Positions 26,301 to 39,719 of a stretch of 64,000 nt of DNA are shown here, piece after piece. Location: assembly GCF_018350175.1 (NCBI RefSeq), contig NC_058383.1:16122001-16186000 (forward strand). The letters run 5' to 3'. The notes under the pieces were generated by a model. It searched no databases, was not told the origin of the DNA, and saw only the letters and a program-made list of their open reading frames with translations. The DNA comes from Felis catus (taxonomy: Eukaryota). The translations under genes and the position numbers were made by a program. Position 1 is the first letter of the stretch; each line of letters begins with the position of its first letter.

Positions 26301-28169
26301 CTGGACCCCCAAAACACCCACCTGATCTCTTGGCTGCAATTAGAATAGTGTAAAACTCCACCTTTTGGAATTTTATAGTTGGGAGAAGAAGGGTCTAGGA
26401 AACGCAGAAACATCTTAAAAATAGAAGAATTTACTTTCAGTGCGTATGCATGGGCTAAAGACAATAATTTATTTCTTTTTTGTCAGTTTTCTGCAGGATA
26501 CCCGAAGGCCCTGATAAAAGTATTTTCTCTGACTCCAGCTGTAACTGTGGTCGTAAGGGGGAGAATCCGTGTTGGTCAACATAACTTCTTTCCGACATCA
26601 CTTAAGTTTACCGCTCCAGTATCTTTTCTTTACTGATTGTTAATTAAGTAACATCCAAGTGTCCAAGTGGGTATGCCTTTTTAGGGTTTTTAATTAAAAG
26701 CAAGAATGGCATTTTAACTCTTCTGGGTTTTTTTTTTTTTTTTCAGTTGCTACGGTAACTCGTTTCAAATATACAAATATTTGAGTTCATCTTAATGTGT
26801 AATAGGGGGAGAACAAAGAGAGGAATGTGTGCAAGATTTCAACCCCCGTGTGATAGATGCAGTGTGCAGGTTTAATATTTGTTTGCCAGAATAGGAATAT
26901 TTTAAGTTGTAAGAGTGTGTACTGAACAGTTGCTAGATTCTCCGCACTGCTGATCCCACAACAGCCCTTTCAAGTGGACGCTGCTGTCTCCCATTTTGTA
27001 GAGGGGATTCTGAGGCACAGGAGTTCAAATCACTCTTCAGAGGTCATGCAGCTGGTTACAAAGAAGACCAGGTATAGCAGATACTCAAAAGCCTTCATTC
27101 ACTCCACCATCACAGTTTTCCTCTATTGTACACCATATTCTGTGGTGCAGTACCACCCACAAACTTCAGCTCCAACGATGAGAGTTGAGATGTGGTTTAA
27201 AAAGTATGCAGAATACATCAGGGTGGTTGTCTTTCTCTTCAGTCTGCATTCCTTAGGCCTCTGCACCCAATGGTGAGTCCTTGGTTAGGAGAGAAGGATG
27301 GTGCGTACTGGAAGGAGCAACCTGAATTTTAATCTTCTGGCTGTTCATCGCTGTGGCATTCAGCACGCTTCTGAGGTAACTACTTTCAAGTTACACCAAG
27401 CCTCGAGTTTCTCATTTGTGAAATGGAATGATACTGGATTACCTTACCACACTGGATTATAGATTAAATATATAAAACATCTCACACAATTAAGTATGCA
27501 AGATGTACTCAATAAATAGTAACTATTTTTAAGTTTACAAAACAGAATCCTTTCTCCTTCCTCTCTGGTCAGTCTTCAATTCTTTCATTCACTACATTCA
27601 TTCTTTTAAAATGTCTCCAGATGGTGTGCTGTAATAGGAATTCTGGCTTTGGAGTCAAACACCTGTGTGAACTTGGGCAAATTGCTTAAACTCCAAGTAT
27701 CTGTTTCCTTATCCACAAGATGGGGATAAAACAGTACTTACTTAAAGAGTTCTTGTGAGGTGTGGGGTGCCTGGGTGGCTCGATGGGTTAAGCGTCTGAC
27801 TTTTGGTTTTGGCTCAGGTCATGATCTCATGATTCATGGGTTTGGGCCTGTGTTGGTCTCTGCAGTGTCACTGCTTGGGATGCTCTTTCTCTGCCCCTCC
27901 CCCATGTTCACTTTCCTGTCTCTAAATAAATAAACTTTAAGAAATAGTTTTTGTGAGGTGTAAATAAAATAATACATGTAAAGCTCTTAGTGCCTGGTAT
28001 ACAAAGGCACTCACATGATTGTTGTATATGTGCTGCCTGAGTGAGCATGGCACTCACATCGTTAGTAGTATTCCCATTGTCACCGTCTTAGCCTTCGATT
28101 TTTTTTCCTTACCCCTATTCTGCTGTGTCTCACGCACCATATGCAGATTAATCTTCCAAAGACCATTTT

Positions 28170-28385
28170 ATTTATTTATTTTCAAAAAAATTTTTTAAAT
28201 ATTTATTTCTGAGACAGAGCATGAGTGGGGGAGGGGCAGAGAGAGAGGGAGACATAGAATCTGAAGGAGGCTCCAGTCTCTGAGCTGTCAGCACAGAGCC
28301 CGATGCAGGGCTCGAACTCACAGACTGAGATCATGACCAGAGCTGAAGTCGGACACCCAACCGACTGAGCCACCCAGGCACCCCT
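28170..28385 (-). mobile_element. CAN-SINE
   Basis: Antisense SINE with TSD tccaaagaccatttta. Confidence 0.88.
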
Positions 28386-31300
28386 CCAAAGACCATTTTA
28401 AATATATAAAAACCCTCAATGACTGCTCTAATCCTGTAGGATAAAAAGCCTAGATTCCTTATATTGTCCTGGAAGTCATCTCTTGGATTTTCTTAAATTT
28501 TGTACCACAACTTCCAAAAACATACTCTGGATCTTGACACAGATCTTCTGTCCTCCATATTTGATTCTGCTTTATTTCAATCTGTGCTGTCCTACTTACC
28601 ATGCCCTTTTCCCCTTTGTAATTTTAATCTTTCTAAAACAAATTCCACCTGTACTTAATTTTAAGTGCCACTTTCTCCCTGAATCTTTCATCCACAGTGA
28701 ATAGCCATTCCTTTGAAATCCTTAGAACTTCATAACCACTTAACCTCCTAACCACTTGTTTATATAGTATTTTGTATTTTTAGATCAACAGTTAAAAATT
28801 CACTAACTGGTTCATTCTTTTTTTGTCTGGTATGTGCAATGCACTGTAATCATATGTCTTTGTTAGCCAAAGGAAAAACTACATTTAAAGTGTAAGGACC
28901 TTAATGTCTTAAACATCTCAGTTCCTACACAATTCTTGCTGTAAAGTACAGCATACCCAGACAGACACAAGCCATGTTAAAGCAACACTCTATTAGATGT
29001 TCTAACTAGATTTTGCTCACCTTAGATACTAGAACCTTTACAGTTTAAATACAGTAACTGTAGAAATTGTGTATTAGTTACCTCTTGCTGTGTAATTACT
29101 CAAAAACTTAGTGACTTAAAGCAACATATCTCAGTTTCTGGGATTGCAGAATTCAGAAGTGGCTAACAAGGTGGTTCTAGCTTAGGGTCATGAGGTTGGA
29201 GAGTAATTAGGCTCCACTTTTTGAAGGGAGTGTCTAAGAATCTGCGGATGTATTTTAAACCACCATGGTATGTTTAATTAGTTTAAGGATGTTCATTTTA
29301 GACAAATTGGAAAATATGACCAAACAAAAAAAAGGAAATCACTACCCAGTGGATAACATCACTACTTGAGTGTACATAATTTCAGCCTTTAAAAATACAT
29401 GAACTTTCTCAATATAAACCTACTATGTATACTACTTTGTAATTGTTCTTTCCCTTGATACACTATGAAGATACTTTTCATGTCAGATATTCTTTCATAA
29501 TACTTTAAATAGCTGCATAGCATTTCATGTGTATATATCATAACTTTATTTCTGTATTGTAGGATACTTATTAGTTTTCCCTACTTTATGGAATTTGTTA
29601 AATAAACATCTTTATAGCTAATTTCTTTCCACATTCATGAGTGTTTCTTGAATTCCTGGATTTCTGTGGAATTTCTGGAACAGATCTGCATAATTTTAAA
29701 ACTTCTGGTATCTACAGCCTAATTTGGGTAAAATTTTATTGTAGTCATCAGGAGTCCATTCATCCAAATGTCAGTATCAAATATCTGTAACAATGCCTGC
29801 AAGAGTTCTTTGTTCAAATTTTGATCACTGTGAATTTGTTGAGAATGACTGAAATCACTATGGAATGAGAAGTTGTTACATACATATTACTAAAGAGGGA
29901 ACTTCAGCATATTTATCCTGGCCAACTACAAATGATATGTAGCAGAATTCTGAAATTTTTTTTCAATTCCTGTTTTTATTTTAATTTTTACATGTTCTTA
30001 ATCTGTTTTTGAGTAGAGGTAATATATTAACTGTTTCAGAATCCAAAACATAGGAAATGTTTTCAGTAAAAGTCCCACCTTGTGCTACAGCCACCCAGTC
30101 CTACTTCCTGAAGGCAACTAACAGTGTTTAGTGTTAGCAGTGTTAACAGCTGCAGATAGTTTGTGCATATTAATAGTCTTTTCTCTCCATGTTACACAGC
30201 ACAGTACATTCAATTCTGCCTCTTGCTTTTTTTCTCTTGACAGTTCCTCTTGGTATCTTTCGTACTAATAATAACAGAGAGGCTTTTTTATTCCTTTTTA
30301 TAGCTGCATATTGTGTGATGTGCCTTTTTTAAAAATCAGTATTATACTGACAAGAATTTAGGTTGTTTCCAATCCTTTACTATTACAAAATAACCTTGTA
30401 CAAATACCTAATATTCTCTCCTCAATGTAAGAATTAACAACTTAGCCAGGTATGATTAAAATTGTCTCTGTTCTGGATACCTGTCTTAATTGTCCAAAGT
30501 TATGCTCATTCAAGCTCTTCTGCTAGGATGTCCTTTATATAGGGCTCCTTTACTCCGTCTCTGCTTATGAATTATCCAAAGGCAAGTATAATGTCATATC
30601 ATTTGTAAAGCTTTCATTATAGTTCTATGAAAATAAGACTTTTTCACGAAAGGTTACTGCATTATTTACCCTTCGGTTCCACAAACGTTCTGCTGTTACT
30701 GGAAACAATGTGCTTTTACTGGAAAAACTACTAACCTCTGGTGGAAGGGGAAATTTTCTGTTTGACATCCTAGCAGAAATGGAGGGTCCACCTTTCCTTT
30801 TCTCCTCCATAAATCCCATCCCATCCCAAGGACCTTCCCATGAAGCCGTCCTTGAAATACCACTAACCAACTTTTCCACTACTGCAGAGGCCCTAAAACG
30901 TTACTGTTAGAAGTATGTCACATCGGCAATCACTAAAACATACAACCGTGGGGCCTTCGCAATTGCTGTTCCCTCTACCTGGAATGCCATTACCCTTGAT
31001 AAACATTTTGTTTGTTTCCCTGCTTCCTCAAGCAGTCTATTCAAATACTAACTCTTCCAAGAGTTCCTGCCCTCTCCAACCTCTAGCTCCCCATCTCACT
31101 CACCATACTTTGGCTTCATATCACCACTACCTGATTTACATAGATGTTTCTGTCTCTCCTCAAACTTTAAATTCCACGAAGGTAGAGTCTTGTTTTATTT
31201 GGTGCTGTATCTTATCTGTAGAACTTGGAAATCATTCAGAACATTTTTATTAATAGTGAATAGTGAATGAATACTATCCCAATTATGGGCACAAGTTCTA

Positions 31301-31689
31301 TGACGTAATGAAAAGGGTCTGAAACTATATAGTAATACATAAATGTAAGGCATTATTACGATCTGATCTTGTTGCCTGAGTCCACAAAGAAGAGAAATAC
31401 AAATAGAATAAACTCAGCTTTGTCGGTGTTGCCTAAAGTTTTCAGTTTCCTTCGTTCAGTTCACATTGCGTGCCCGCACTGTACCTCAAAAAAATACCCA
31501 AATAAATAACCTTAATGCTGAGAAAAGTTAATTTGCCTAAGGTCCAGTTGCAGAACGCCAGATAATCTGCCTCGCTCTCAAGGCTGGATCTGTCTACCAT
31601 ATATTTGAAAGAAGTGCGACGGTCCTCATACCCTACAAAGCAAACAGCTAGCGGCTCAGACTAGCACCAAGCTGGAAGTACACTTGCAG

Positions 31690-32140
31690 AGTAACCTCAG
31701 GCACTTCCGGCCTCCTAAATGGGGCGGAGCTCATGACGTTAACCTCGTACGACGACGCGCCGCCATGACGTCCTGCTCTTCCAGTGACCCTCAAGGGCAC
31801 GCGGAGACGTCGGGCACTGATTGGTCGCGCGCGGAGGCCAAGCCCGCCCCCCGTTTTCCGCTCACCAGCTCGCAGAAGCCGCCGGGGTCTCCGCAGAGTC
31901 TTGCGTTTCTAGACGCCGAGTCGCCTTGCAGTTGCCATGCCGCGTGGAAGCCGGAGCCGTACCTCCCGCATGGCCCCTCCGGCCAGGTGAGACCACCTGG
32001 GGGGTGGTCTGGGGCCTTGCCGGCGCCGTGACGCACACGGAGGCCGCAGTAGGCCTCGCCGCCGCCTGGTGGAGGCTGGCGGAGGCTGGCGGAGGCCGCT
32101 GTAAATGCGGCGGCCTTGGTGCGTCTCCACCCGCCTCAAG
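31690..32140 (+). promoter_or_regulatory. CpG island / CHCHD2 promoter
   Basis: CpG-dense. ETS/GABP cacttccgg (~31702), GC box ggggcggag (~31721), CRE-like tgacgt (~31735, ~31766), reverse CCAAT gattgg (~31819) and GC box cccgcccc (~31843). Confidence 0.8.
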
Positions 32141-35100
32141 CTGGTTGTAAATGGGCTTTGGCTAGGTATCCCGTTAGTGGCAAACTTTCTAATTTCGAGT
32201 GTCCGTGAGTTATTACTTAAAATACTGTAGAGCTCATTTGAAAAGTATTTTGAGTTTATTTAAATAATCTCTACACCCAACACGGGACTCGAACTCAGGA
32301 TCCCGGAGATCAAGAATCACCCGCTCTTCCGACTGAGCCAGCCAAGTGCGCCTAAAGCTCATTTTAAGTTAAAATGGGCAAGTCCTCCTAAGAAGTGGAT
32401 ATTTGTAAGTGTAAACCGGCTGAAACTTTAAAAGTAGCGGAAAAAAACAAAAACCAGTGTTGGAGAAAGGTAGTAAAATCAGGAAAATGATCTCATTTCA
32501 ATAAACTGGATAATCTTTGAGCACCAGCAGTGAGCGTTCCAGGGACTCAGCCCAGTCAGGGACGTAGTTCCTAAAGCCTCACACGTACATGATGTTTTTT
32601 AGTTCATAAAATACTTTAAAAAAATTTTTAAGTGTATTTATTTTGAGAGAGAGCGAGCAGGGCAGGCTCAGTGAGAGGGAGAGAGAGAATCCCAAGTAGG
32701 CTCCGTGCTGCCAGCACACAGAGCCTGATGGGGCTTAATCCCACCACTGTGAAATCATGACCTGAGCAGAATTTAGTGTCGGCCGCTTAATTGACTGAGC
32801 CACCAAGGCTCAGTTCATAAAATACTTTTAAGATGTACTGCCAGTTATACTTTAACCTTAACACCAATAACCTTAGGGATAGATGTTATTCCTGTTTTAC
32901 AGAAATCAGGAAACTGGAGACTCAGAATAAGTGACTTGTCCAAGGTTATGCTACCAGTAAGTAGGAAAGCCAGGTCTGACCAGAGTTTTCCAGTGGCCAG
33001 TTTAGGACGTTTAGCCCAGTACCACATTGCTTTCCAGCAGTAAGGTGGGTTGTGTTCACACAGGATGCTAGGAGTGTAGGGAAGCAGTTCACTTAATGGA
33101 AAGAAGCTTCTCACCAAAGGACGGAAAACCACATTTTTGTAAAGTGATGCCAGATGCCACCTGATTGGAAGCAAAGTTATTAGCTTTTCTGACCTAGCCT
33201 TATTTGGTTGAAGAGCTCCCAAGGAAACTATCTAAAAATGTGCAGAGGGAATATAACATGTGAAGATTTTTAAAGCAGTGCAGGACATGTTAGTGAAAAT
33301 GCTGAAAGCATCTCAATGTTCTACGGGATGGGATACAATTGAAATTTTGGTGTAACAGTTCAGGCAAGTCATTCCTATTTACTGGTCTTCGATTTCCTAA
33401 TCTGAAATGAAGGAATTAGATTGTATTATTTCCCCCATATGACTATTTGCATATGTTTACTAAGATGATACCAACTCAGTTACACTTAACCTCACTTGAC
33501 TGTCCTAAAATTGCCAAGTCCCACATGTTCTCCCTCTCTTAATATTTTTTACCTAATACTACATGACATATTTTCCTTAATTGAGCCCTCAATAGTGTCA
33601 TGAAAGCAGAGGTTTTTGTCTTTTAACAGGTCAATTCCCAGCACTTACAATGATACTTAACCCTAGTATCTGAGTGGGTGAATTCTCTAAGGACCTTTTA
33701 AACTCTTAATATTTTATGATTTTTGTGAGGTATTGGAATAACTGTGTTCTGTAAAGCTACTCTAGGGTATACGAATACATAGAAATGCAAAAAGCAGGCA
33801 AAGATAGTTTATACTTGGTGATTATAACCTTAAAAGGTTAAAGAGACAAAATGATGTAAATAGTTCTGGGAATTGTGTTCCGTAAAGTTTTCTGGTTTGC
33901 ATAGAGTATTTGTATTTAAGAATTAAAAATGAAGATCCTGAAGTTTATTTTCATTTACATTTGACTTTTGAACAATGTATGGTTTAGGGGCACTTACCTC
34001 CAGTACAGTTAAATCTGTGAATAAATTTGGACTCCCCAATAACCTAACTTCTGTTAGCCTACTGTTGACTGGAAGCCTCACCAAAAATATAAACAGTTGA
34101 TTAACATGTATTTTGTGTGCTATATATATTATAATACTGTAATCTTACAATAAAGTAAGCTAGAGAAAAAATGTTACTAAGAAATCATGCAGTACTACAC
34201 TGTAGTTATCAGAAAAAACCACATATAAGTGGACCCGCAAGTTCAAACGTGGGTTGTTCAAGGGTCAAGGTACAGTTTCTTTAAGCTGACGATTTGAAAC
34301 CTGGTAGGAAGTGTGAACTTCATACTTTGTGTTCTTATCTTTCACAGCCGGGCACCTCAGATGAGGGCTGCACCCAGACCTGCGCCAGCCGCTCAGCCGC
34401 CGGCAGCAGCTCCACCATCTGCTGTTGGCTCACCTGCCGCTGCACCCCGGCAGCCAGGTCTGATGGCCCAGATGGCAACCACTGCAGCTGGCGTGGCTGT
34501 GGGCTCTGCCGTCGGGCACACGCTAGGTCATGCCATCACTGGGGGCTTCGGTGGAGGAAGTAATGCTGAGCCTTCAAGGCCTGACATCACTTACCAGGTA
34601 GGATTTTATGCATTTTGTTTTCCAGTGGTATATTATGAGAAAAACCAGTGCTGTTAACAGAAAACGGGTTATCAAAATCCACATTTGGCAGCTGAGTTAG
34701 TGCCTTAGGCCAGCCGCATCAAGTACTGTACAAATTGTATTTGTTCCCAGGGAGTAGAATAGCAGTTCAACCTGATCCACTGAAAAACAGCCATTTTCCC
34801 CTTATTTTAAGGAATTTGTCTTGGTGACTCTTACCTAATTCAGTCTCCATCTTAGTTAAGTATTTAAAAATCTCTTTAATAGCTCTGTGCTGTTTTCTGA
34901 TCTTTTATCTGTTATTTGCCCACTGCCCCTCTTTTTTGAAGTATGTGAATTTTCTCCTCTGATGGGCTTGAATGTATACTCTGTTGTGTTTCTGGTATAT
35001 TTGACACTCATCCATCTATTTTTCTGTAATAGTTCCACTTTGTCATTGATGAAACTTTTCACTGAACCCCCTCACTGGTATTTAGGTATGCACATAACCA

Positions 35101-36248
35101 TTTCACTTTATTTGCATGTTTGTTCTTGAATCTTTCTGATTATAACTGGAATTTTGTTAAAGCCCATTTGCTTTCTGCCTTAAAGTTTTTCACTTTCATT
35201 GTTATTAGATGGACACTTGAATTTGCATTCTGGTTCTAGTTATGGTTCCCCAGCTGACCTCAAAGACACTGTGTGTCTAGATCTAATTTCCTTTCTCAAT
35301 GGTCCTGAATGTTATGCCTTTGCAGGAGCCTCAGGGAACCCAGCCAGCATACCAGCAGCAGTTTGGCCCCTGCCACTATGAGATGAAACAGTTCCTGGAG
35401 TGTGCCCAGAATCAGGGTGACCTTAAGCTTTGTGAAGGTTTCAGTGAGGTGCTGAAACAGTGCAGATTTGCAAATGGTAGGTGATGCATCAATCTGTGAT
35501 TAAAACTGCATCTACTCGGGGAGGGGAGGGTGGGTGATGGGTATTGAGGAGGGCACCTTTTGGGATGAGCACTGGGTGTTGTATGGAAACCAATTTGACA
35601 ATAAATTTCATATATTGAAAAAAAAACATCTGCTCAGTTCACAGCATGGTACTCCTGGACCCTAGAGAACTTTGGGAGTCTGTGTTTAATAAATTAATCT
35701 GACAAGTTAGAGGAGATTTGGTTTACATTATTCTAAAAATAATCTAACTCTTCCAACAAAGGACTAGTCCAGAGGTTTCTAGTCATAAGCTTTTACCAGT
35801 TATGTTCTGAATCTCATTCTTCTGTAAGTGGGTATAGATTAGTGTGTCAGATCTTGTTCTGGTTATAGGATGTGAGGGATCTAGCCACAAAGCTGTGAAT
35901 AGAAAATTACATTCCATTTTCACCAAAGTCCAAGAATGGACATAAAAACTCATGTGTTGTTGGCATTCCCCACACCTGATTTGAGAGAGAAGAGTTTCTT
36001 AAATCCCTCAGTGCAACTCTGATATTTGGGCTGTCTAGAATGTTGACAGTGAAGTTGTTTTTACATAATTTCCTCCTATCAACCTAAGAATTCACCATCT
36101 ATTAAAATGCTTATTTTCATTTTCAGGCATGAACTGATAACCTTGGGCTTTTAGCCCTCTTTTTATCATTTGGAGGGCTTCTGCTTTGCTAAGAAGGTAC
36201 AGCTATTGTTCTTCTAACTTACCTTTTCTGTTTGCAGGATTAGCCTAA
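31937..36248 (+). CDS. CHCHD2: Coiled-coil-helix-coiled-coil-helix domain protein 2 (mitochondrial twin CX9C protein), 153 aa, 4 coding exons
   Basis: Coding exons 31937-31986, 34348-34597, 35326-35476, 36238-36248, all GT-AG, 462 nt in total. Protein [28 protein letters not shown]...[31 protein letters not shown]...[38 protein letters not shown]. Twin CX9C motif intact. Confidence 0.97.
34004..34273. mobile_element. Tigger2/MER28-like TcMar DNA transposon remnant in CHCHD2 intron 1
   Basis: tagcctactgttgactggaagcct...cttacaataaagtaagctagagaaaa...ataagtggacccgcaagttcaaac..gttgttcaagggtca match Tigger2-family sequence as recalled. Confidence 0.7.
35518..35626 (+). mobile_element. Very short young felid L1 3' tail in CHCHD2 intron 3
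   Basis: ggggaggggagggtgggtgatgggtattgaggagggcacc..gggatgagcactgggtgttgtatggaaaccaatttgacaataaatttcatatattg plus A tail; flanking repeat catct(a/g)ctc. Confidence 0.8.
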
Positions 36249-36520
36249 TCAAGAAGTTCAAGTTGAAGATACAGAAAATCATCTCCCATGACCAAGTTAA
36301 TTTAGCATAAAAATATAACTGATAGTGAAGAAATAAAGTGTAAAACCACCAGTTAAACCTCTTCTCTATCATTAAATACAGCTTTCTTCAGAATTGGAAT
36401 GAAAACAGGTGTTCTTACTGCATAGAAGTTCATTGTGAGATAGTTTTGAGTTTGGAGCTGGGCAGATGTTCGTTTGCCTCCTTAAACCAGCTTTTGTGAC
36501 ATTGTTTGTGAATTAATTAG

Positions 36521-36526
36521 AATAAA
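36521..36526 (+). terminator. CHCHD2 polyadenylation signal AATAAA (an upstream AATAAA also lies at 36332-36337)
   Basis: Canonical hexamer ~270 nt after the stop, followed by GT/T-rich sequence. Confidence 0.65.
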
Positions 36527-37241
36527 GTGATTTTCTCCCAAAATGTGGCGTCTTTTAAGTGACCTTTTAAGATGTGGTTTTGAAGATTATAAATTAGGTA
36601 CAGTATATACATGTTGAACATACGCATTTTGCAAAAGAACACAATTGTCTCAACATGTCTTTATTTACTTTGTAGTCTCAGTATTAAGTAAGCATCCACC
36701 TGGGGCTCCTGGGTGGTTCAGTTGGTTAAGCGACCGACTTCAGCTCAGGTCATGATCTCGTGGTCTGTGAGTTCAAGCCCCACGTCGGGATCTGCACTGA
36801 CAGTTCAGAGCCTGGAGCCCATTTCGGATTCTGTGTCTCCCTCTCTCTCTGCCCCTCCCCTACTCACACTCTGTCTGTCTTTCCTTCAAAAATAAATGAA
36901 CAACCACCAAAATAAATTAGCATCCACCTGGAGGACCTGACAGAATTCCCTGAGGAGCTTTTGTAGAAAAGTAGTTATGGAAGGAGTAGCTCACTAGTAA
37001 ACAGTGCTCGTTAAAAGGGTTCTGGGGGCAGGGGGGTGGGGGGGTGGCTGAGTCAGTTTTAAGCATCTAACTCTTGCTTTCAGTGCAGTTTATGATCTCA
37101 GTTTGTGGGATTAAGGCCTGCGTCAGGCTCTGTGCTGACAGCGTGGGGCCTGTCTGGGAATCTCTCCCTCTCTACCCCTCCCATGCATACTCTCAAAATA
37201 AATAAATAAACTAAAAAAAAAAAAAAAAAGCTCCAGTTGGA

Positions 37242-37484
37242 AGGTCAATGTTTCTTAAACGGAGCAGTAACAGGAAACTGTTTAAAATAATACTTCTAAT
37301 CAACTGAGTGATAAAGGAAACGTAGGAATAAACCCCATTACAAGTGCATTCCTGTGGCCAGGTCAATGTTTTCTTAAACGGAGCAGTAACAGGAAACTGT
37401 TTAAAATAATACTTCTAATCGACTGAGTGACAAAGGAAACGTAGGAATAAACCCCATTACAAGTGCATTCCTGTGGCCAGGTCA
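37242..37484 (+). repeat. Tandem duplication, two copies of 118/119 bp
   Basis: Unit 1 is 37242-37359 and unit 2 is 37360-37478. Three differences (ttt/tttt, caact/cgact, gataa/gacaa). Bounded by the AGGTCA microhomology. Confidence 0.95.
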
Positions 37485-38785
37485 GCACATGTCCTAACCG
37501 CTGATCTGTCCAATTGGTCAGAGATGAAAACCATTGTCTTTTGCAGTTCCCCTGCAGAACTTTTTCTTGTGTAAGGTACTGTAGTTACCCTTTCTTGAAA
37601 GACTCAAGCTCATTGCAACTGCCCACTCCATGTTGCCTTAAGGAGATAGACCAATTTGGGGTGCATCGTTTTTAAAAATGAACTGAGCTCCATTTCTCAC
37701 AACTCAAAAATTCATTCGCTCGGAGTTGACCTCCAGTCTACATTGTGCTCTGCAGTTTTCCAACTTCCAAATACACCTTTTCAAGGCTGATTTTTTTTCC
37801 CCATCTATAAGTTTCAGAGACCTGTGAGTAAAGTGGTATTGAGATTAGTCAGTTGCTGCCCCCTGCCTCCTGTTCTCAGCTGTGTTCTTAGAATGCCCTA
37901 CTCTTCTTGAGTTCCTGAAAGTGACCAAGACCACCTTGCCTGAATTACCACAGACAGTTCACAACTGGCAAGACCCCAGCATATTTGCTTCTGGATTCAT
38001 CTGTGGGCTCCTTTGTCCATTTTCCCTGGAAGTATGTGAGTTCATAGTGTTAATGCCCCTTATGTCCAAGGGCCGATGGCATATGGTGACTAGCCAAATA
38101 GTTTATTGTTGAATCAATGAACCAAAGGAAGATGAACCACTGACATCAATAAAATGCAAGAGTCTGGCTGGCCTGGCCTCTCCCTTGTAGGAGCCAGGGC
38201 TACACAGAGATGGGCACAGGGAATAATCCATTAGATGCACTGGCCCTTTGCCCTGAGTTCAGAAGGGATTTTGTTAAGCATTGAAAGTATAAAGCACAAG
38301 TCCACTCTACAGCTTTGCATCAGGACCACAAAAAGAGGAGGTGGGAGCTTACAGTAAGTGAAAGGAGATTGAGGTGTTTTCATCATTGGAGCCAGATGTT
38401 GCATCTCAGTTAAGCAGAGGCCTTAATGCGTAGTAGACCCAAAGTCCTTCCCAGTGCCCATTTATATAGAAATCAAGCCATTTATATAGAGATCTTTTCA
38501 CTCCCAGGAGTGAAAGAAATGGTCAGCATGAATAAAGGAATGAGCTCTTGGGCCCATACCTGAGGTTCATCTAGGCCTTCCTTACCTACTTCATGACGAG
38601 CAAGTCACATTCTCTTTAAAATTGCCTTAATACCAGAGTTTTGGGGTCCAAGTGAGAATGTGCAAGTGCTTTGTGAAATGCTAATCAAATGGGTGCTTGT
38701 GGGCTCAGCTTCTGTGTGAAGCACTGTATTAGCCCTCCCTTCATTTGGTATATTAGAATTAGGAGTTTGAAAAAAGGTAGCTTTA

Positions 38786-39005
38786 GGGGCACCTGGGTGG
38801 CTCAGTTGGTTAAGCATCCGACTTCGGCTCAGGTCATGATCTCTTGGTTGGGGGTTCGAGCCCCGCATTGGGCTCTGTGCTGACAGCTCAGAGCCTGGAG
38901 CTTGCTTTGGATTCTGTGTCTCCCTCTCTGCCCCCTCCCCACTCACATTCTGTCTCTCTCTCAAAAATAAACATTAAAAAATTTTTTTAATAAAAAAAAA
39001 AGAAA
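38786..39005 (+). mobile_element. CAN-SINE
   Basis: SINE head and body; TSD gaaaaaaggtagcttta. Confidence 0.88.
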
Positions 39006-39719
39006 AAAGGTAGCTTTAGAATGAGAGAGAGCAATATGTCAGTGTCAGCATGTTGCGTACATTATTTCCAATTCTGTCAACCTCTTAAGGTAGAATCATA
39101 CTGATGAGGGCCCTCACTCAAAGAGCCCAAAGGGGCACCCTGTCAGAGCTCATATGCTTTTCCTGGCACACGGACCTCCTCCCAATAGACCACAGGCTGA
39201 AAACTAAATGGGTTAAGGATGAAATCATGGAGGCAGATCAGAGATGGATTCCTGAAGGGGATGTTCCTTAACCTTTAAGGTCTGCATTCTGCAGGTCAGC
39301 CACAAAAACTGTTCCTGAGTGGGCCCCTGTGGACACTGGGGCTACAGTGTGGGTGCGCCAGTTTCTCCCGGGGTTTCCTCAGGTCCCTGCTCTCAGCATA
39401 TAGACACTGTTCCCAGAGAAGTGAATGTGTTCCCGTCAAGGCTGGCTTTATCTCCTCTGGGCCTGGAGGCCAAAGGAGCTCCAGAGGGAAGATTGGTCAC
39501 CTCATGCTGTTCCTGCGTGCTCTCAGGCCACCAGAGTTTCCCTCACCGTCCAGCAGAGGTCACCTCCTGGTGAGACTTGGCCCCTGCTGAGTCTTGGCCT
39601 GCATCCCAGATTTGCAGTTGTGATTTATTTCTGGCACGTCAGGCTTCCGTCACCAAGTAGCAAAGCCCGGAGGACGAGCAGCAAGATATCCTACTGTGGC
39701 CACGAGTGTCTGCTGAGGA

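Noticed and set aside
31684..32031. 115-aa ORF with gccgccATG at 31765 overlapping the CHCHD2 start out of frame (possible uORF)
   Set aside because: The ATG lies upstream of the CCAAT/GC boxes and so probably upstream of the TSS. It fits better as part of a YY1/CRE-like promoter motif, and long ORFs arise easily in CpG islands.
37242..37484. Direct repeats considered as a CRISPR-like or other prokaryotic array
   Set aside because: Only two long adjacent copies with no spacers, in a mammalian genome.
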